Notes: a model not told the origin generated them from the letters alone. DNA of 64,000 nt from Thermoanaerobaculales bacterium (GCA_036351195.1 JAZBOQ010000241.1:4331-68330); one strand, 5' to 3'; positions 19,201 to 29,274 are shown, counted from the stretch's first letter. A program made the numbers and translations.

Positions 19201-22200
19201 GTCTCCTTCCGGATCACGGTGGATCACACCAACCCATTGGTGGTTCCGGCCTTCGACGTCGCGTTGTCCGACGTCCTCCCGGCCGAGCTCAGCTACGTCG
19301 CTGCCACCCTCGACTGCACCGGCGGCACGCTCGTACCGGACAGCTGCGGGTTCGCCGGCGACACCCTCACCGCGAGCTGGGCGCTCTTCCCGACCACCGG
19401 CCAGACGGTGATCACCTTCGACGCCATCATCGACATCGCTGCGGCGCCGGGAACCATTGCAACCAACACCGCGTCGATGCTGTGGTCGAGCCTCCCCGGC
19501 GCGGTCTCCGGCCCGCTGAGCCCCTACAACAGCAACTCGTGCGAGCGAACCGGCGTCGAGGCGCCGCTGCTGCCCTACTGCGGTAGCGGCAACGACTACA
19601 ACGCGCTGGATCCGGCCACCGTGACCATCGCTTCGGTCGGCCTCGCCAAGGGTATCGTCGCCACCTCCGAACCTTCCACCGGGGACGGCCAGTACCGGGC
19701 CGGGATCGACGATCTCACGGTGGGCGAGACCGCGACCTTCCACATCACCGCGACCATCCCCGAGGGGACCACTCCGCTGGTCGTGATCACCGACACCCTG
19801 CCCTACACCAACGGGGTGATGGAGGTGGTCTCGGCGTCGCTGGTCAGTATCGGCGGCAACCTTCTGCCGACCAACGTCCCCCCGATCACCGACATCAGCG
19901 ACGCCCAGCTCGCCGACGGACTCGTCGACACCGTCAGCTTCGACTTCGGCCAGGTGATCAATATCCCCGACGGAGCAGTCACTCTCGATGACGAGCTCGT
20001 GGTCGCGGTCGTCGGCCGACTCGTGGACATTCCGGCCAACCTCAACGGCGACGAACTCACCAATGACGCCTCGGTTCAGTTCGGCCCCGGCCTCGACTCC
20101 ACCGCATCGGCGGACGTCGACGTCGTCGAGCCGCTGCTGCAGATCACCAAGACCGGCAATGCCACCACGGGCGACGCCGGCGACATCGTGACCTATACCG
20201 TGACCGTCGACCACGTCCCGCCGACCCCCGCGTCCACTGCGAACGCATTCGATCTCGTCATCACCGACGCGATCCCGGCGGGAATGACCTATGTCGCCGC
20301 ATCGTTGACCGACACCGGAGCGGTGCCCGCGGACAGCCTCGGCGAGGCCGCGGGAGTCATCACCGCGGTGTGGAATGAGTTCCCGCTGGGCAGCATCGGC
20401 GAGTTCACCTTCCAGGCCTCCATCGACCCGGGCGCTCAGCCGGGCGCCAACCTCAACAACACCGCCAACGGTCAGTGGGACACCCTCCCGGCCGACGGCG
20501 ATCCCAACGAGCGAACCCACACCGCGTCGGACAGTCACAACGTTCTCATCACCTCTCCCGGAATGACCAAGACCGTCTTCGCCACCTCGGAGCCGTCCAC
20601 CGGCAACGGCATCAACGGCCCCGAGCCCGATCTCACCATCGGCGAAGAGGTGACGTACCGCTTCGTCGCCACCTTCCAGGAGGGCGTCACGCCCACGACC
20701 CTGGTCGAGGACCAGCTGCCGACGGGGACCGCGATCCTATCCCACGTCAGCTCGCGAGTGGTCTCGGTCGGCGGCAACCTCAGCGGCCCGAGCCTCCCGA
20801 CGGCGGGTACTGCCGGGGTTCCCAGCGACAGCAACACCGACACCTACGACGATCTCGTCGTCTGGTTCCTCGGCGACGTGACCAACGTTCCCGACGGGGT
20901 GGAGGACGACAACGACCGAATCGAGTTCGAGGTGGTCGCGATGGTGGTCGATGAGCCGCTCAACCAGGGCGGTCTCGACGATCTCTCCAACACCGCCACC
21001 GTCGGCTACACCGGGGGATCGGCCTCGGCGGTCGCCGACGTCGATTTCGTCGAGCCCGAGCTCCGGATCACCAAAAGTGTGACCGACCCGGCGGACGGCT
21101 TCGTCGATGCCGACGATGTCGTCACGATCGAGCTGCTTATCGAGCACTTCGGTTCGACCGCGGACGCGTTCTCGGTGGAGATCACCGACGTCTTCCCAGA
21201 CCCCGGTCTGTCGTGGATCAACGACGGAACCGTCACCACCACCTGCCCGGGCGGCGTGGTGGTCGACTCCACCGGCGACCCGACCATCGAGTTCGCCATC
21301 GGAACCCTGTCGATTGCCGACGCCAGCTGCGTGGTGTCCTACCAGGCACGCGTCGACGCCATCGTCCAACCCGGCGTGACCTACACCAATCTGGCCACCG
21401 CCCAGTGGGACTCGACCCCGGCCTTCGTCGCCGGTGAGACCCGCCGCCAGACCACCACCGACACCGCGAGCGTGACCGTGCTCGCACCGTCGCTGGTCAA
21501 GATCGCGCAGAGCACCAGTCTCGCCGACACCGGGATGACCTTCTACCACCCGGCGGACTTCGATCTCGCCATCGGCGAGACCGTGACCTACCAGCTGACC
21601 GTCATCTTCCCCGAAGGCCGGACCGACACCGCGGTGGTAACCGACACGCTGCCCGCCGACGCCGTCGGCGTCATCGAAGCGGTCGGCGCCAGCGTCTCGT
21701 CCCTCGGCGCCAGTCTTTCGACGACCCTGCCGGGCACGCCGCAGTTCTTCGACAACAACCTCGGCGACGGGCTCGACGACACCGTGGTCTTCGACTTCGG
21801 CACCGTGTTCAACTCGCCCGACGGGGTGTCCAACGACGACGACCGGCTGGTGCTGCTCGTCGTCGGTCGCGTCGTCGACGTCACCGACAACACCGACGGT
21901 GACTGGCTGACCAACACCGGCACCTTCACCTTCGCCACCGGCGGGCCGCTCACCGACACCGCCCTGATCGACGTCGTCGAGCCGGACATGGTGGTGACCA
22001 AGAACATGGGCCCGGTGGTCAATGGGCTGGTGACCCTCAGCGTCCAGATCGCCAACAACGGCACCGCGCCGGCCTACGACATCATCCTCGAGGACGTGCT
22101 CAACGACAGCCTCTGGAACACCGCGACGATCAGTCCGCTGGTGGTGCCGGCGGGCTACACCTTCAGCACCGCGGCAGGCCCCGGCGCCGGCGACACCACC

Positions 22201-25200
22201 ATCACCATGGCCTCGGACGCCGGCTCCTCGCCGCCCGACAACTCGGTGGAACCGGGCGAGATCATCGCCTTCCAGTTCCAGGTCGCCCTCGCCGACCCGC
22301 TCAACCCACCGGCGACGGTGCCCAACACCGCCACCAACACCCAGACCACGTCACTGCCCGGAAGCGATCCCGACGAGCGTGAGCTGCCGCCCACGTCGGG
22401 CAGCGACGTGCTCGATCTTCCGATCCTCGACGCCACCAAGAGCGCCACCCTCATCGCCGACAACGACGGCTCGGGAACGGTCTCGCCCGGCGACATCATC
22501 CGCTACACGATCTCCGTCACCAACACCGGCGCCGGGGCCGCCACCCTGGTCGTCGTCACCGACACGCCCGATCCCAACGGCATCTTCCTCGCCGGCACGG
22601 TGGTCGCGCAGCCGGGCGGCACCGTGCTCACCGGGAACACCGGCGGGGACACGACCGTCGAAGCGGCCTTCCCGGCCATCGCCGCCAACTCCACCGCGAC
22701 CGTGACCTACGATGTGGCGATCCCGGCCCCGTTGGCGAACGGCATCGACCAACTGGTCAACCAGGCGGTCATCGACAGCGAGCAAACGCCCCCGTTCTCG
22801 TCGGACGACCCGACAACGGGTCCCGACGACGACCCGACGGTGGTGCCCATCGACGCCGCCCCAGACATCGCGGTGGCCAAGACCGACGGCGCCACCAGCA
22901 CCATTCCGGGCGCGACCCTGACCTACACCGTGACGGTGCAGAACCTCGGCAACCAGAACGCGGTCAACGTCGTCCTGACCGACGCCGTCCCCGCCGGTAC
23001 GAGCTTCGTCAGCGCCTCGGATGGCGGCGTCGAGGTCCCGCCGGGCAGCGGCAGCGTGGTCTGGCCGGCCTTCGACCTGCCCGCCGGCGCAACCGTCGTC
23101 CGCACACTGGTCGTGGATGTTCTGAATCCGCCGCCCGCCGGGCTCGCCACCATCGTCAACACCGCAACCGCGGCCGACGACGGAACCAACGGCCCGGATC
23201 CCAACCCGGGCAACAACACCGGGATCGACACCAATGACCTGATCTACGCCGATCTCGCGGTCACCAAGACCGACAATCCCGACCCGGTGGTCGCGGGCGA
23301 GACCCTCACCTGGACCCTCACCGTCACCAACAACGGTGTCTCCGCCGCCACCAACGTCGTCCTCGACGACACCATCCCGGCCGGCGTCACCGTCAACTCG
23401 ATCTCGGCGCCCTGCGCCGCCGGCTTCCCCTGCACCATCGGCAGCCTCGCCGCCGGAGCGAGCGCGACCGTGACCATCGACGTCACCGTCGCCGCCGACA
23501 CCACCGGCACGTTGTCGAACAGCGCCACCGTCGCCGCCGACGAGGTCGACCCCGACCCGACCAACAACACGGACACCGAGCCGACGACCGTCGGTCAGTC
23601 CACCGACCTCGAGGTCGTGAAGTCCGACAACACCGACCCAGCGGTGGCCGGCGAAGGCCTCGTCTGGACCCTTATGGTGACCAACAACGGCCCGTCCGAC
23701 GCCACCGGCGTCGTCCTCGACGACACCATCCCGGCCGGCGTCACCGTCAACTCGATCTCGGCGCCCTGCGCCGCCGGGTTCCCCTGCACCATCGGCGACC
23801 TCGCCGCAGGTGCGTCGGCCACCGTGACCGTCGATGTCGCCGTCGACGCCGACCTCACCGGCGTGCTCGACAACACCGCGACGGTCACCGGCAACGAGCC
23901 CGATCCCGACCCGAGCAACGACACGGACACCGAGCCCACCGACATCATCCCGGTGGCCGACCTGGTCGTCACCAAGACCGGCCCGGGCAGCGTCGCCAGC
24001 GGCACCGATCTCGTCTTCTCCATCGAGGTCGAGAACCTCGGACCCTCCGACGCCACCGCGCTGCTCATCACCGACCCGACGCCACCCGGACTGAGCTTCG
24101 TGTCGGCCACCGCGCCGTGCGCCGCCGGTTTCCCGTGCTCGGTGCCGGCCCTCGCCGCGGGCTCGAGCTTCAGCTTCGACGTCACCTATGCGGTGCCGGC
24201 GGGCTACACCGAGCCCGATCCGATCCTCAACACCGCGTCGGTGAGCTCCGAGGTCCAGGACCCGGATCCCACCAACAACACCTCATCGTCGTCCACCGCC
24301 GTCGACCGGACGCCGGTAGCCGATCTCCAGATCGTCAAGACCGGACCGCCCTCGGCTGCCGTCGGATCGACCGTGACCTACCAGCTGGAGATCAGCAACC
24401 TCGGCCCCGATGATGCCGCCGATGTCGTCATCGACGACCCGACCCCTGCCGGCCTCGGCTTCGTCTCGGCCTCCGCGCCGTGCGCTGCCGGTTTCCCGTG
24501 CACCCTCGGCACCCTCAACTCCGGCGCCGCGATCACCGTGGAGGTGACGTTCTCCATCCCGCCGGGTTATACGACCCCGGATCCCATCGCCAACACCGCC
24601 ACCGTGACGAGCTCCACCGACGACCCCGATCCGTCCAACAACACCGACACCGACACGACGCCGCTGGGCGCCGACACTGCCGACCTCGCGCTGACCAAGA
24701 TCGGGCCGAGCCAGGCGCTGCCGGGCGACGACGTGAGCTACACGATCACCGTCGTCAACAACGGTCCGGCGACCGCCACCGGCGTCGTCCTCGACGATCT
24801 GACCCCCGCCGGGTTGAGCTTCGTCTCGGCCACCGCGCCTTGCGCCGCCGGCTTCCCGTGCGCCCTGGGCGACATCGTGCCGGACGGGACCGTCCTCGTC
24901 TCGGTCACCTTCAACATCCCAGCCGGCTACGGCGGACCCGATCCGGTGGTCAACACGGCCGCGGTCACCGGCAACGAGCCCGACCCCGATCCGTCCAACA
25001 ACACCGACACGACCTCTACCGGTTTAGCAGGCGACGCCGCCGACGTGGGCGTGGTCAAGACCGGTCCCGCAGCCGCTCCCCAGGGCACCGACGTGACCTT
25101 CGAGATCACGGTCACCAATAACGGCCCGGGCGCCGCCACCGCCGTCACCCTGGATGATCCGACCCCCGCGGGCCTGATCTGGGTCTCGGCCAGCGATCCC

Positions 25201-26610
25201 TGTGCTGCCGGCTTCCCGTGCTCGCTGGGCGACATCGCCGCCGGCTCGGCGATCACCGTCCAGGCGACCTTCTCGATCCCGGCCGACTACCTGGCGCCGG
25301 ATCCCATCGTCAACACCGCCACGGTGAGCACGACCTCGCCGGACCCCAACCCGGGCAACGACAGTTCGTCGCACCCGGTGACCCTGGCTCCGGTGGTCGA
25401 CCTCGCGGTGGTCAAGACCGACAGTCCCGACCCGGTGGTCGCGGGCACCGCCCTGACCTGGACCGTGACCGTCAGCAACAACGGACCGTCCGACGCCACC
25501 GGCGTCGTCCTCGATGACACGCTGCCGCCGGAGGTCACCCTGGTCTCCATCTCGGCGCCCTGCGCCGCCGGCTTCCCCTGCACCATCGGTGATCTCGCCG
25601 CCGGCGCGAGCGTCGATGTGGTGGTGGACGTCACGGTCAACCCCGATGCCACCGGAACCATCACCAACACGGCAACGGTCACCGGCAACGAGACCGACAT
25701 CGACCCGTCCAACAACACCGACACCGAGCCCACCGGGGTCAACCCCGAGGCCGATCTGGCCGTGGTCAAGACCGCGAGCCCGGAGCCGGTGGTTGCGGGC
25801 GACACGGTGACGTGGACGATCACCGTGACCAACAACGGGCCGTCCGACGCCACCGGCGTGGTGGTGGACGACACCTTCCCGCCCGAGGTCACCGTGACGT
25901 TGATCTCGGCGCCCTGCGCCGCAGGCTTCCCGTGCACCATCGGTGATCTCGCGGTGGGGGCCTCGGTGGTCATCACCATCGACGCCACCGTCGACGTCGC
26001 GACCCAGGGGTCGATCACCAACACCGCAACCGTGTCCGGCAACGAGCCGGACCCGGACCCGGGCAACGACACCTCCACGGTCGTGACGACGGTGGACTAC
26101 GTCGAGATCGGGATCACCAAGTCGGTAAACGACCCGCCATCGGGCGCCTGGCAGCTCGGCGACGTCGTCACCTGGACCATGGAGGTCGTGAACACCGGCA
26201 CCATCGAAGCGACGGGCATCGTGCTCACCGACGACATCCCCGACCTCACCGCCTACTACCCCGAGAGCATCGTTCTCGACGGGCTCTCACTCAGCGATGC
26301 CGACGATGGCGACGCCGGCCGGTTCGACGTCGTCAACAACCGCATCGTCGTCGACCTCGATCCGATTCCGGCCGGAGGAAGCCGCATCGTCACCTTTGCA
26401 GTGGCGATCAGCTCCCAGCTTCCCAACGGGTCGCACATCATCGAAAACACCGCCGCGGTGACATCGCCCGCCGGTTCAGTGACCTCCGATACGGTGGTCG
26501 TCCCGGTCATCGTCACCGGCATTCCCACGGTCTCGGATCTCGGCCTCGCCGTGCTGATCATGCTCATCGGCCTCGCCGGGATGATGGTGCTGCGGCGCAG
26601 AGTCTACTGA
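16258..26610 (+). CDS. Giant (3450 aa) secreted DUF11 / conserved-repeat-domain surface protein with IPTL-CTERM-like sorting tail
   Basis: Signal peptide 'MKRTTTAVLCLLTIALAATSATAQ'. Dozens of Ig-like modules of the pattern 'L.(I/V)TK....P.PV.AG..LTYT(L/V)TV.N.GPS.AT.V.L.D.(L/I)P.G..'. C-terminus 'IPTVSDLGLAVLIMLIGLAGMMVLRRRVY*' (26521-26607) consists of an IPT(L/V)S motif, a TM helix and an Arg cluster. Confidence 0.9.
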   Translation: MKRTTTAVLCLLTIALAATSATAQTLPPAMSGTPPTESFIGEGFCFDAEMSNPGGDPGYGPYLRLIVPTGLTFDSASVFGLDLAGLGLITDAGVFPPAPGNQLTDPLTGTLVTGPEGSRLYTLMAPVGSVVFGQPDTVFSICMSIGLPPDAVVGTPLDVTLQPVYLFGDTPTGDNGPIEGTASTDPVTPTLILFEKNATGGKNAAGPSDTAGYTLTADVANQQTVTDLVFSDTLPASFIYTGHSISGSGVGCTTTTAPAVGANGGLLEVSCASVLGTTGAGEIVVDIAGYADDILDHENCDFQPLPNSATLDARYLGLGLPQASDTAEFVTQHLVIEKSAPAGGAPGSPLTYTIDFRVSDYIDADNLVLVDTLPDGIDFTTAGPFTLIYEGSSYPIAPVVQQDTPSVGRTTVTWDLSAAIGAILAGGTSGSLSYPATVQTLYDATGIEVLANDGLPNTVNGAFDLVGALNPACFDNSSATVTILPVNISKTIVNPAPAYRPGDTVIFSLTMSIPSGDSADIVFTDYLPLPVFDVTTIDPTWGGPNVYPGPATSPESAAILGATPPLVTPNPAENSVRIEFPDILTGGLPQTLEVRLAVQVTDLPFSDPLFLTNLFAAESANTPQQTSTDLQPVFLQVRAPELVITKGVFATTNGGATITPAPPANLLDDPVEGDLTNGDAGDVVTFVATVENQGGAPAGNVRIWDSVPAGHTGCSVVSVVNGNGTPLTFTGDFFDAGNPLLLDTDLIANDEDPSTYGADTAIVTFACTLDTVVEPRQVITDTASALWTTAVGTPGVDDYPRIDDDASVTIADTTILKSVLPTNAVVGQVVTYTVTVTVPGGTSSPVTLTDDLTGRVAFVDCLSVSASPGMSTTIGSFADACNDPTNPTVTGNGRYLNFDLGTVTNPGSPNADAGTVTFTYTAVVLNTSSVNHGNQPRNRATWSWSGGSVESRVRVTVQEPQLRVVKETVPEPLPPVDAGDTVSFRITVDHTNPLVVPAFDVALSDVLPAELSYVAATLDCTGGTLVPDSCGFAGDTLTASWALFPTTGQTVITFDAIIDIAAAPGTIATNTASMLWSSLPGAVSGPLSPYNSNSCERTGVEAPLLPYCGSGNDYNALDPATVTIASVGLAKGIVATSEPSTGDGQYRAGIDDLTVGETATFHITATIPEGTTPLVVITDTLPYTNGVMEVVSASLVSIGGNLLPTNVPPITDISDAQLADGLVDTVSFDFGQVINIPDGAVTLDDELVVAVVGRLVDIPANLNGDELTNDASVQFGPGLDSTASADVDVVEPLLQITKTGNATTGDAGDIVTYTVTVDHVPPTPASTANAFDLVITDAIPAGMTYVAASLTDTGAVPADSLGEAAGVITAVWNEFPLGSIGEFTFQASIDPGAQPGANLNNTANGQWDTLPADGDPNERTHTASDSHNVLITSPGMTKTVFATSEPSTGNGINGPEPDLTIGEEVTYRFVATFQEGVTPTTLVEDQLPTGTAILSHVSSRVVSVGGNLSGPSLPTAGTAGVPSDSNTDTYDDLVVWFLGDVTNVPDGVEDDNDRIEFEVVAMVVDEPLNQGGLDDLSNTATVGYTGGSASAVADVDFVEPELRITKSVTDPADGFVDADDVVTIELLIEHFGSTADAFSVEITDVFPDPGLSWINDGTVTTTCPGGVVVDSTGDPTIEFAIGTLSIADASCVVSYQARVDAIVQPGVTYTNLATAQWDSTPAFVAGETRRQTTTDTASVTVLAPSLVKIAQSTSLADTGMTFYHPADFDLAIGETVTYQLTVIFPEGRTDTAVVTDTLPADAVGVIEAVGASVSSLGASLSTTLPGTPQFFDNNLGDGLDDTVVFDFGTVFNSPDGVSNDDDRLVLLVVGRVVDVTDNTDGDWLTNTGTFTFATGGPLTDTALIDVVEPDMVVTKNMGPVVNGLVTLSVQIANNGTAPAYDIILEDVLNDSLWNTATISPLVVPAGYTFSTAAGPGAGDTTITMASDAGSSPPDNSVEPGEIIAFQFQVALADPLNPPATVPNTATNTQTTSLPGSDPDERELPPTSGSDVLDLPILDATKSATLIADNDGSGTVSPGDIIRYTISVTNTGAGAATLVVVTDTPDPNGIFLAGTVVAQPGGTVLTGNTGGDTTVEAAFPAIAANSTATVTYDVAIPAPLANGIDQLVNQAVIDSEQTPPFSSDDPTTGPDDDPTVVPIDAAPDIAVAKTDGATSTIPGATLTYTVTVQNLGNQNAVNVVLTDAVPAGTSFVSASDGGVEVPPGSGSVVWPAFDLPAGATVVRTLVVDVLNPPPAGLATIVNTATAADDGTNGPDPNPGNNTGIDTNDLIYADLAVTKTDNPDPVVAGETLTWTLTVTNNGVSAATNVVLDDTIPAGVTVNSISAPCAAGFPCTIGSLAAGASATVTIDVTVAADTTGTLSNSATVAADEVDPDPTNNTDTEPTTVGQSTDLEVVKSDNTDPAVAGEGLVWTLMVTNNGPSDATGVVLDDTIPAGVTVNSISAPCAAGFPCTIGDLAAGASATVTVDVAVDADLTGVLDNTATVTGNEPDPDPSNDTDTEPTDIIPVADLVVTKTGPGSVASGTDLVFSIEVENLGPSDATALLITDPTPPGLSFVSATAPCAAGFPCSVPALAAGSSFSFDVTYAVPAGYTEPDPILNTASVSSEVQDPDPTNNTSSSSTAVDRTPVADLQIVKTGPPSAAVGSTVTYQLEISNLGPDDAADVVIDDPTPAGLGFVSASAPCAAGFPCTLGTLNSGAAITVEVTFSIPPGYTTPDPIANTATVTSSTDDPDPSNNTDTDTTPLGADTADLALTKIGPSQALPGDDVSYTITVVNNGPATATGVVLDDLTPAGLSFVSATAPCAAGFPCALGDIVPDGTVLVSVTFNIPAGYGGPDPVVNTAAVTGNEPDPDPSNNTDTTSTGLAGDAADVGVVKTGPAAAPQGTDVTFEITVTNNGPGAATAVTLDDPTPAGLIWVSASDPCAAGFPCSLGDIAAGSAITVQATFSIPADYLAPDPIVNTATVSTTSPDPNPGNDSSSHPVTLAPVVDLAVVKTDSPDPVVAGTALTWTVTVSNNGPSDATGVVLDDTLPPEVTLVSISAPCAAGFPCTIGDLAAGASVDVVVDVTVNPDATGTITNTATVTGNETDIDPSNNTDTEPTGVNPEADLAVVKTASPEPVVAGDTVTWTITVTNNGPSDATGVVVDDTFPPEVTVTLISAPCAAGFPCTIGDLAVGASVVITIDATVDVATQGSITNTATVSGNEPDPDPGNDTSTVVTTVDYVEIGITKSVNDPPSGAWQLGDVVTWTMEVVNTGTIEATGIVLTDDIPDLTAYYPESIVLDGLSLSDADDGDAGRFDVVNNRIVVDLDPIPAGGSRIVTFAVAISSQLPNGSHIIENTAAVTSPAGSVTSDTVVVPVIVTGIPTVSDLGLAVLIMLIGLAGMMVLRRRVY
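23248..26100 (+). repeat. Eight tandem ~119-aa DUF11 modules, each with the invariant Cys pair P-C-A-A-G-F-P-C
   Basis: Unit starts: DLAVTKTD, DLEVVKSD, DLVVTKTG, DLQIVKTG, DLALTKIG, DVGVVKTG, DLAVVKTD, DLAVVKTA. Each unit contains '(S/T/D)(A/D)PCAAGFPC(T/S/A)(I/L/V)'. There are two subtypes: units 1, 2, 7, 8 versus units 3-6. Confidence 0.85.
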
Positions 26611-26623
26611 AGGTGAGACCGAA

Positions 26624-26651
26624 GGCTGCGGGCCCTGACGGGCCCGCAGCC
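26624..26651 (+). terminator. GC hairpin immediately after the giant gene
   Basis: 'GGCTGCGGGCCC tgac GGGCCCGCAGCC' is a perfect 12-bp stem, 14 nt after the stop. No U-tract. Confidence 0.5.
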
Positions 26652-26672
26652 GCTCATCGCTATACTCGATAG

Positions 26673-29102
26673 GTGATCGCAGAACAATACGACCCCGAAT
26701 CAGCGAGCTCGGTCTGGCCGAGCTGGCGAATCCTGACCCTGTCGGCAGTCGTCTGCACCTGGCTGATCGTGGCGGCGACACGTTTCTTCGTGAACTGGAA
26801 GGGAGATGCCGCCGAGCTGCTGCTCCTCATCGCCGGCAACGCCCTCATCACCACCGCCGGCGCCTGGCTCTTCCACCTCCGATGGCTCGCCACGGGCAGC
26901 CTGCACGACCGCCGGATCCGCAACGCCTACCTGCCCATGGCCTTCTACTTCCTGCTCCGGTTGGCGGTGGCCCCGGTTCTGATCTTCACTCCCGAGGTGA
27001 CGGCAGCCGACGGCGTCGCCTGGCTCCTGGCCCAGGCCACCGCCGTGATGGTGCTCCTGCTCCCGGTTCGCGACGAGATGGACACCGTGGAGCGAGGTCA
27101 GGCGGTGCGAAGCGGCGTCGCCATCAGCATCGCAGTGGCCACCGCCGCGGTGCTGGACGTGCTGGACCGGACCGGCGTGGTGTCCGGCGTGCAACCGGCG
27201 GAGGTCGGCCTCTGCGTCGCTTTCGCCGCCGCCTCGGCCATGCTGTTGATCTGGCGTCAGAACGAAGGCCGGGACCTCTGGCTCGGGGTGGCCATGATGC
27301 TGGTGGCCGGCTCCCACCTGGTCCTCGCCATGGGTCGGGCTCCCTACGACGCATCCGTCATGTGGGGACTGCTGCTCTTCCTCATCGCCCTGTCGGCGCC
27401 CATCATCGGCTCCACCGGCGAGAACGCCACCCGGCTGCTCGACCAGGACGCCATGCACGATCGACTGACGCGCCTGCGACGCCGCACCGAAATCCTCCTC
27501 GACACATTGCCGGCCATGGTCTTGTCGGTGGACCGCGAGCGGAAGATCCACTACGCCAACCAGCGCGCCCGCGCCGCCATGGTCATTCCGCCGCAGATCG
27601 ATCCGTCGGAGCGCCTCGACTGGCTCCAGCGCATCCATTCCCACGATCGCCCCCAGGTGCACAGCGCCGTCGCCTCGGTGCTGGACCGCCCCGGCGGCGT
27701 CTGGGAAGGGGTGATCCGAACCCAGGGAGCACGCGGCGAGGTCCACTGGCTGAGCGCCCGAATGCACCAGGTGGTGGACCCGACGGCGAATCAGACCCTG
27801 GTCCAGATCGTGGCCACCGAGATCACCGATCTCTACCTCGCCCAGCAGAGCGCCGAGGCGCAGCAGTCGCGGCTGGCGTTCCTCTCGAACCTCGGCCAGA
27901 GCATGGCCGGCGAGGTGGAGGAGGAACGCATCCTGGAGCGCTATCTCGAAACCGGCCAGCAGGCGGTGTCGATGAAGGCCCTCCTGCTCTACCGACCCCA
28001 CCCCGGCGGCAACGACCTCCGGCTGGCGGCCGCGGCCGGACCGGGAGCCGAGCTCTTCGATCACCACCGCAACCAACCGCTGGAGGGAAAAGAGCACCCC
28101 TGCCGCATCGCCTTCCAGACCGGCGTGCCCCGCTCGGCGGCCGTCGAGGAGCTCGTCCCCGCCGACGATGCCGCGCGGCTGGGCGCCGAGCACGACATCC
28201 GCTACATGAGCTTTCTGCCCCTGCTCGCCGCCGGGGACGTCATCGGTGTCCTGGTCACGGCCTCGAGCATCCCGCCAAGGTTCGCTGCCGAGGAGACCGA
28301 TCTGATGACCCAGATCGGCTTCCTGCTCGGCGGCACCATCTACGTCGCTCAGCTCGTCCGCGAGCTCAATGAGCAGCGGGCCGTCGCCTTCGAAGCGTCC
28401 CGCCTGAAGTCCGAGTTCCTGGCCAACACCTCGCACGAGCTTCGAACACCCCTGACCGCGATCATGGGATTCCTGCGCCTGGTCATCGACGGGACCATCA
28501 CCGACGCCGAGAAACAACGCGAGTACCTGACCATCGCCCACGACTCGGCCGAGAAGCTGCTGACCATCATCAACGACGTGCTCGACCTGGCCAAGATCGA
28601 GGCGGGACGGCTCGAGGTTCAGCAGGGCCCGGTGCCGGTGCGGTCGGTGCTCGAAGGCGTCGAGACCCTCTTCAAGCACCAGATGAAAAACAAGGGCATC
28701 CGCTTCTCCATCTCGTCGGACACCCCGGGGCTCGTGCTGTGGGCGGACCCGGACCGGACGACCCAGGTCCTCACCAACCTCCTGTCCAACGCCATGAAGT
28801 TCACCCCGCGCAACGGCACCATCGACGTCGATTGCCTCCAGGAGAACCAGGCGGTCACCTTCACCGTCGTCGACAGCGGAATCGGCATTCCCAAGGCGGA
28901 CATCGAGAAGGTCTTCTCCAGCTTCTATCAGGTCGACGGCTCCACCACCCGCGAGCACGGTGGAACGGGGCTCGGGCTGGCCATCTCGCGCCGCCTCGCA
29001 GAGCTCATGGGCGGCACTCTGGACCTGGAGAGCGAGGGCCACGGCAAGGGCGCCACCGCCCGCCTCACCCTGCCCGAGTACGACGAGGAATCCATGACCT
29101 GA
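26673..29102 (+). CDS. Membrane sensor histidine kinase (multi-TM N-terminus, PAS, GAF-like, HisKA, HATPase)
   Basis: H-box 'SRLKSEFLANTSHELRTPLTAIMGF'. N/G boxes 'LLSNAMKFTP', 'VVDSGIGIP', 'GGTGLGLAISRRLAELMGG'. About 250 aa of hydrophobic helices at the N-terminus. GTG start. No receiver domain and no adjacent response regulator. Confidence 0.85.
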   Translation: MIAEQYDPESASSVWPSWRILTLSAVVCTWLIVAATRFFVNWKGDAAELLLLIAGNALITTAGAWLFHLRWLATGSLHDRRIRNAYLPMAFYFLLRLAVAPVLIFTPEVTAADGVAWLLAQATAVMVLLLPVRDEMDTVERGQAVRSGVAISIAVATAAVLDVLDRTGVVSGVQPAEVGLCVAFAAASAMLLIWRQNEGRDLWLGVAMMLVAGSHLVLAMGRAPYDASVMWGLLLFLIALSAPIIGSTGENATRLLDQDAMHDRLTRLRRRTEILLDTLPAMVLSVDRERKIHYANQRARAAMVIPPQIDPSERLDWLQRIHSHDRPQVHSAVASVLDRPGGVWEGVIRTQGARGEVHWLSARMHQVVDPTANQTLVQIVATEITDLYLAQQSAEAQQSRLAFLSNLGQSMAGEVEEERILERYLETGQQAVSMKALLLYRPHPGGNDLRLAAAAGPGAELFDHHRNQPLEGKEHPCRIAFQTGVPRSAAVEELVPADDAARLGAEHDIRYMSFLPLLAAGDVIGVLVTASSIPPRFAAEETDLMTQIGFLLGGTIYVAQLVRELNEQRAVAFEASRLKSEFLANTSHELRTPLTAIMGFLRLVIDGTITDAEKQREYLTIAHDSAEKLLTIINDVLDLAKIEAGRLEVQQGPVPVRSVLEGVETLFKHQMKNKGIRFSISSDTPGLVLWADPDRTTQVLTNLLSNAMKFTPRNGTIDVDCLQENQAVTFTVVDSGIGIPKADIEKVFSSFYQVDGSTTREHGGTGLGLAISRRLAELMGGTLDLESEGHGKGATARLTLPEYDEESMT

Positions 29103-29211
29103 CCCGCCGTGCCGGGAACAATTCTCGGTTTCGAGATTCCCCACTTCTGAGAATGCCCCGTTGCGAGAACCGTGCGCTTCCCATCAGCCCGGAAATGATG
29201 GTATACAGGGG

Positions 29212-29240
29212 TTGACAGACTCAGAACACTATTATATTCT
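29212..29240 (+). promoter_or_regulatory. Sigma70-like promoter in an AT-rich island upstream of the efflux operon
   Basis: 'TTGACA' at 29212-29217. Candidate -10 hexamers are 'TATATT' (15-nt spacer) or 'TATTCT' (17-nt spacer). Imperfect inverted repeat 'ctattatat..ttatatag' follows. Strong SD 'GAAGGAGG' before ATG 29275. Confidence 0.5.
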
Positions 29241-29274
29241 TAAATGGTTATATAGCGAAGGAGGCCCAGTCGCC

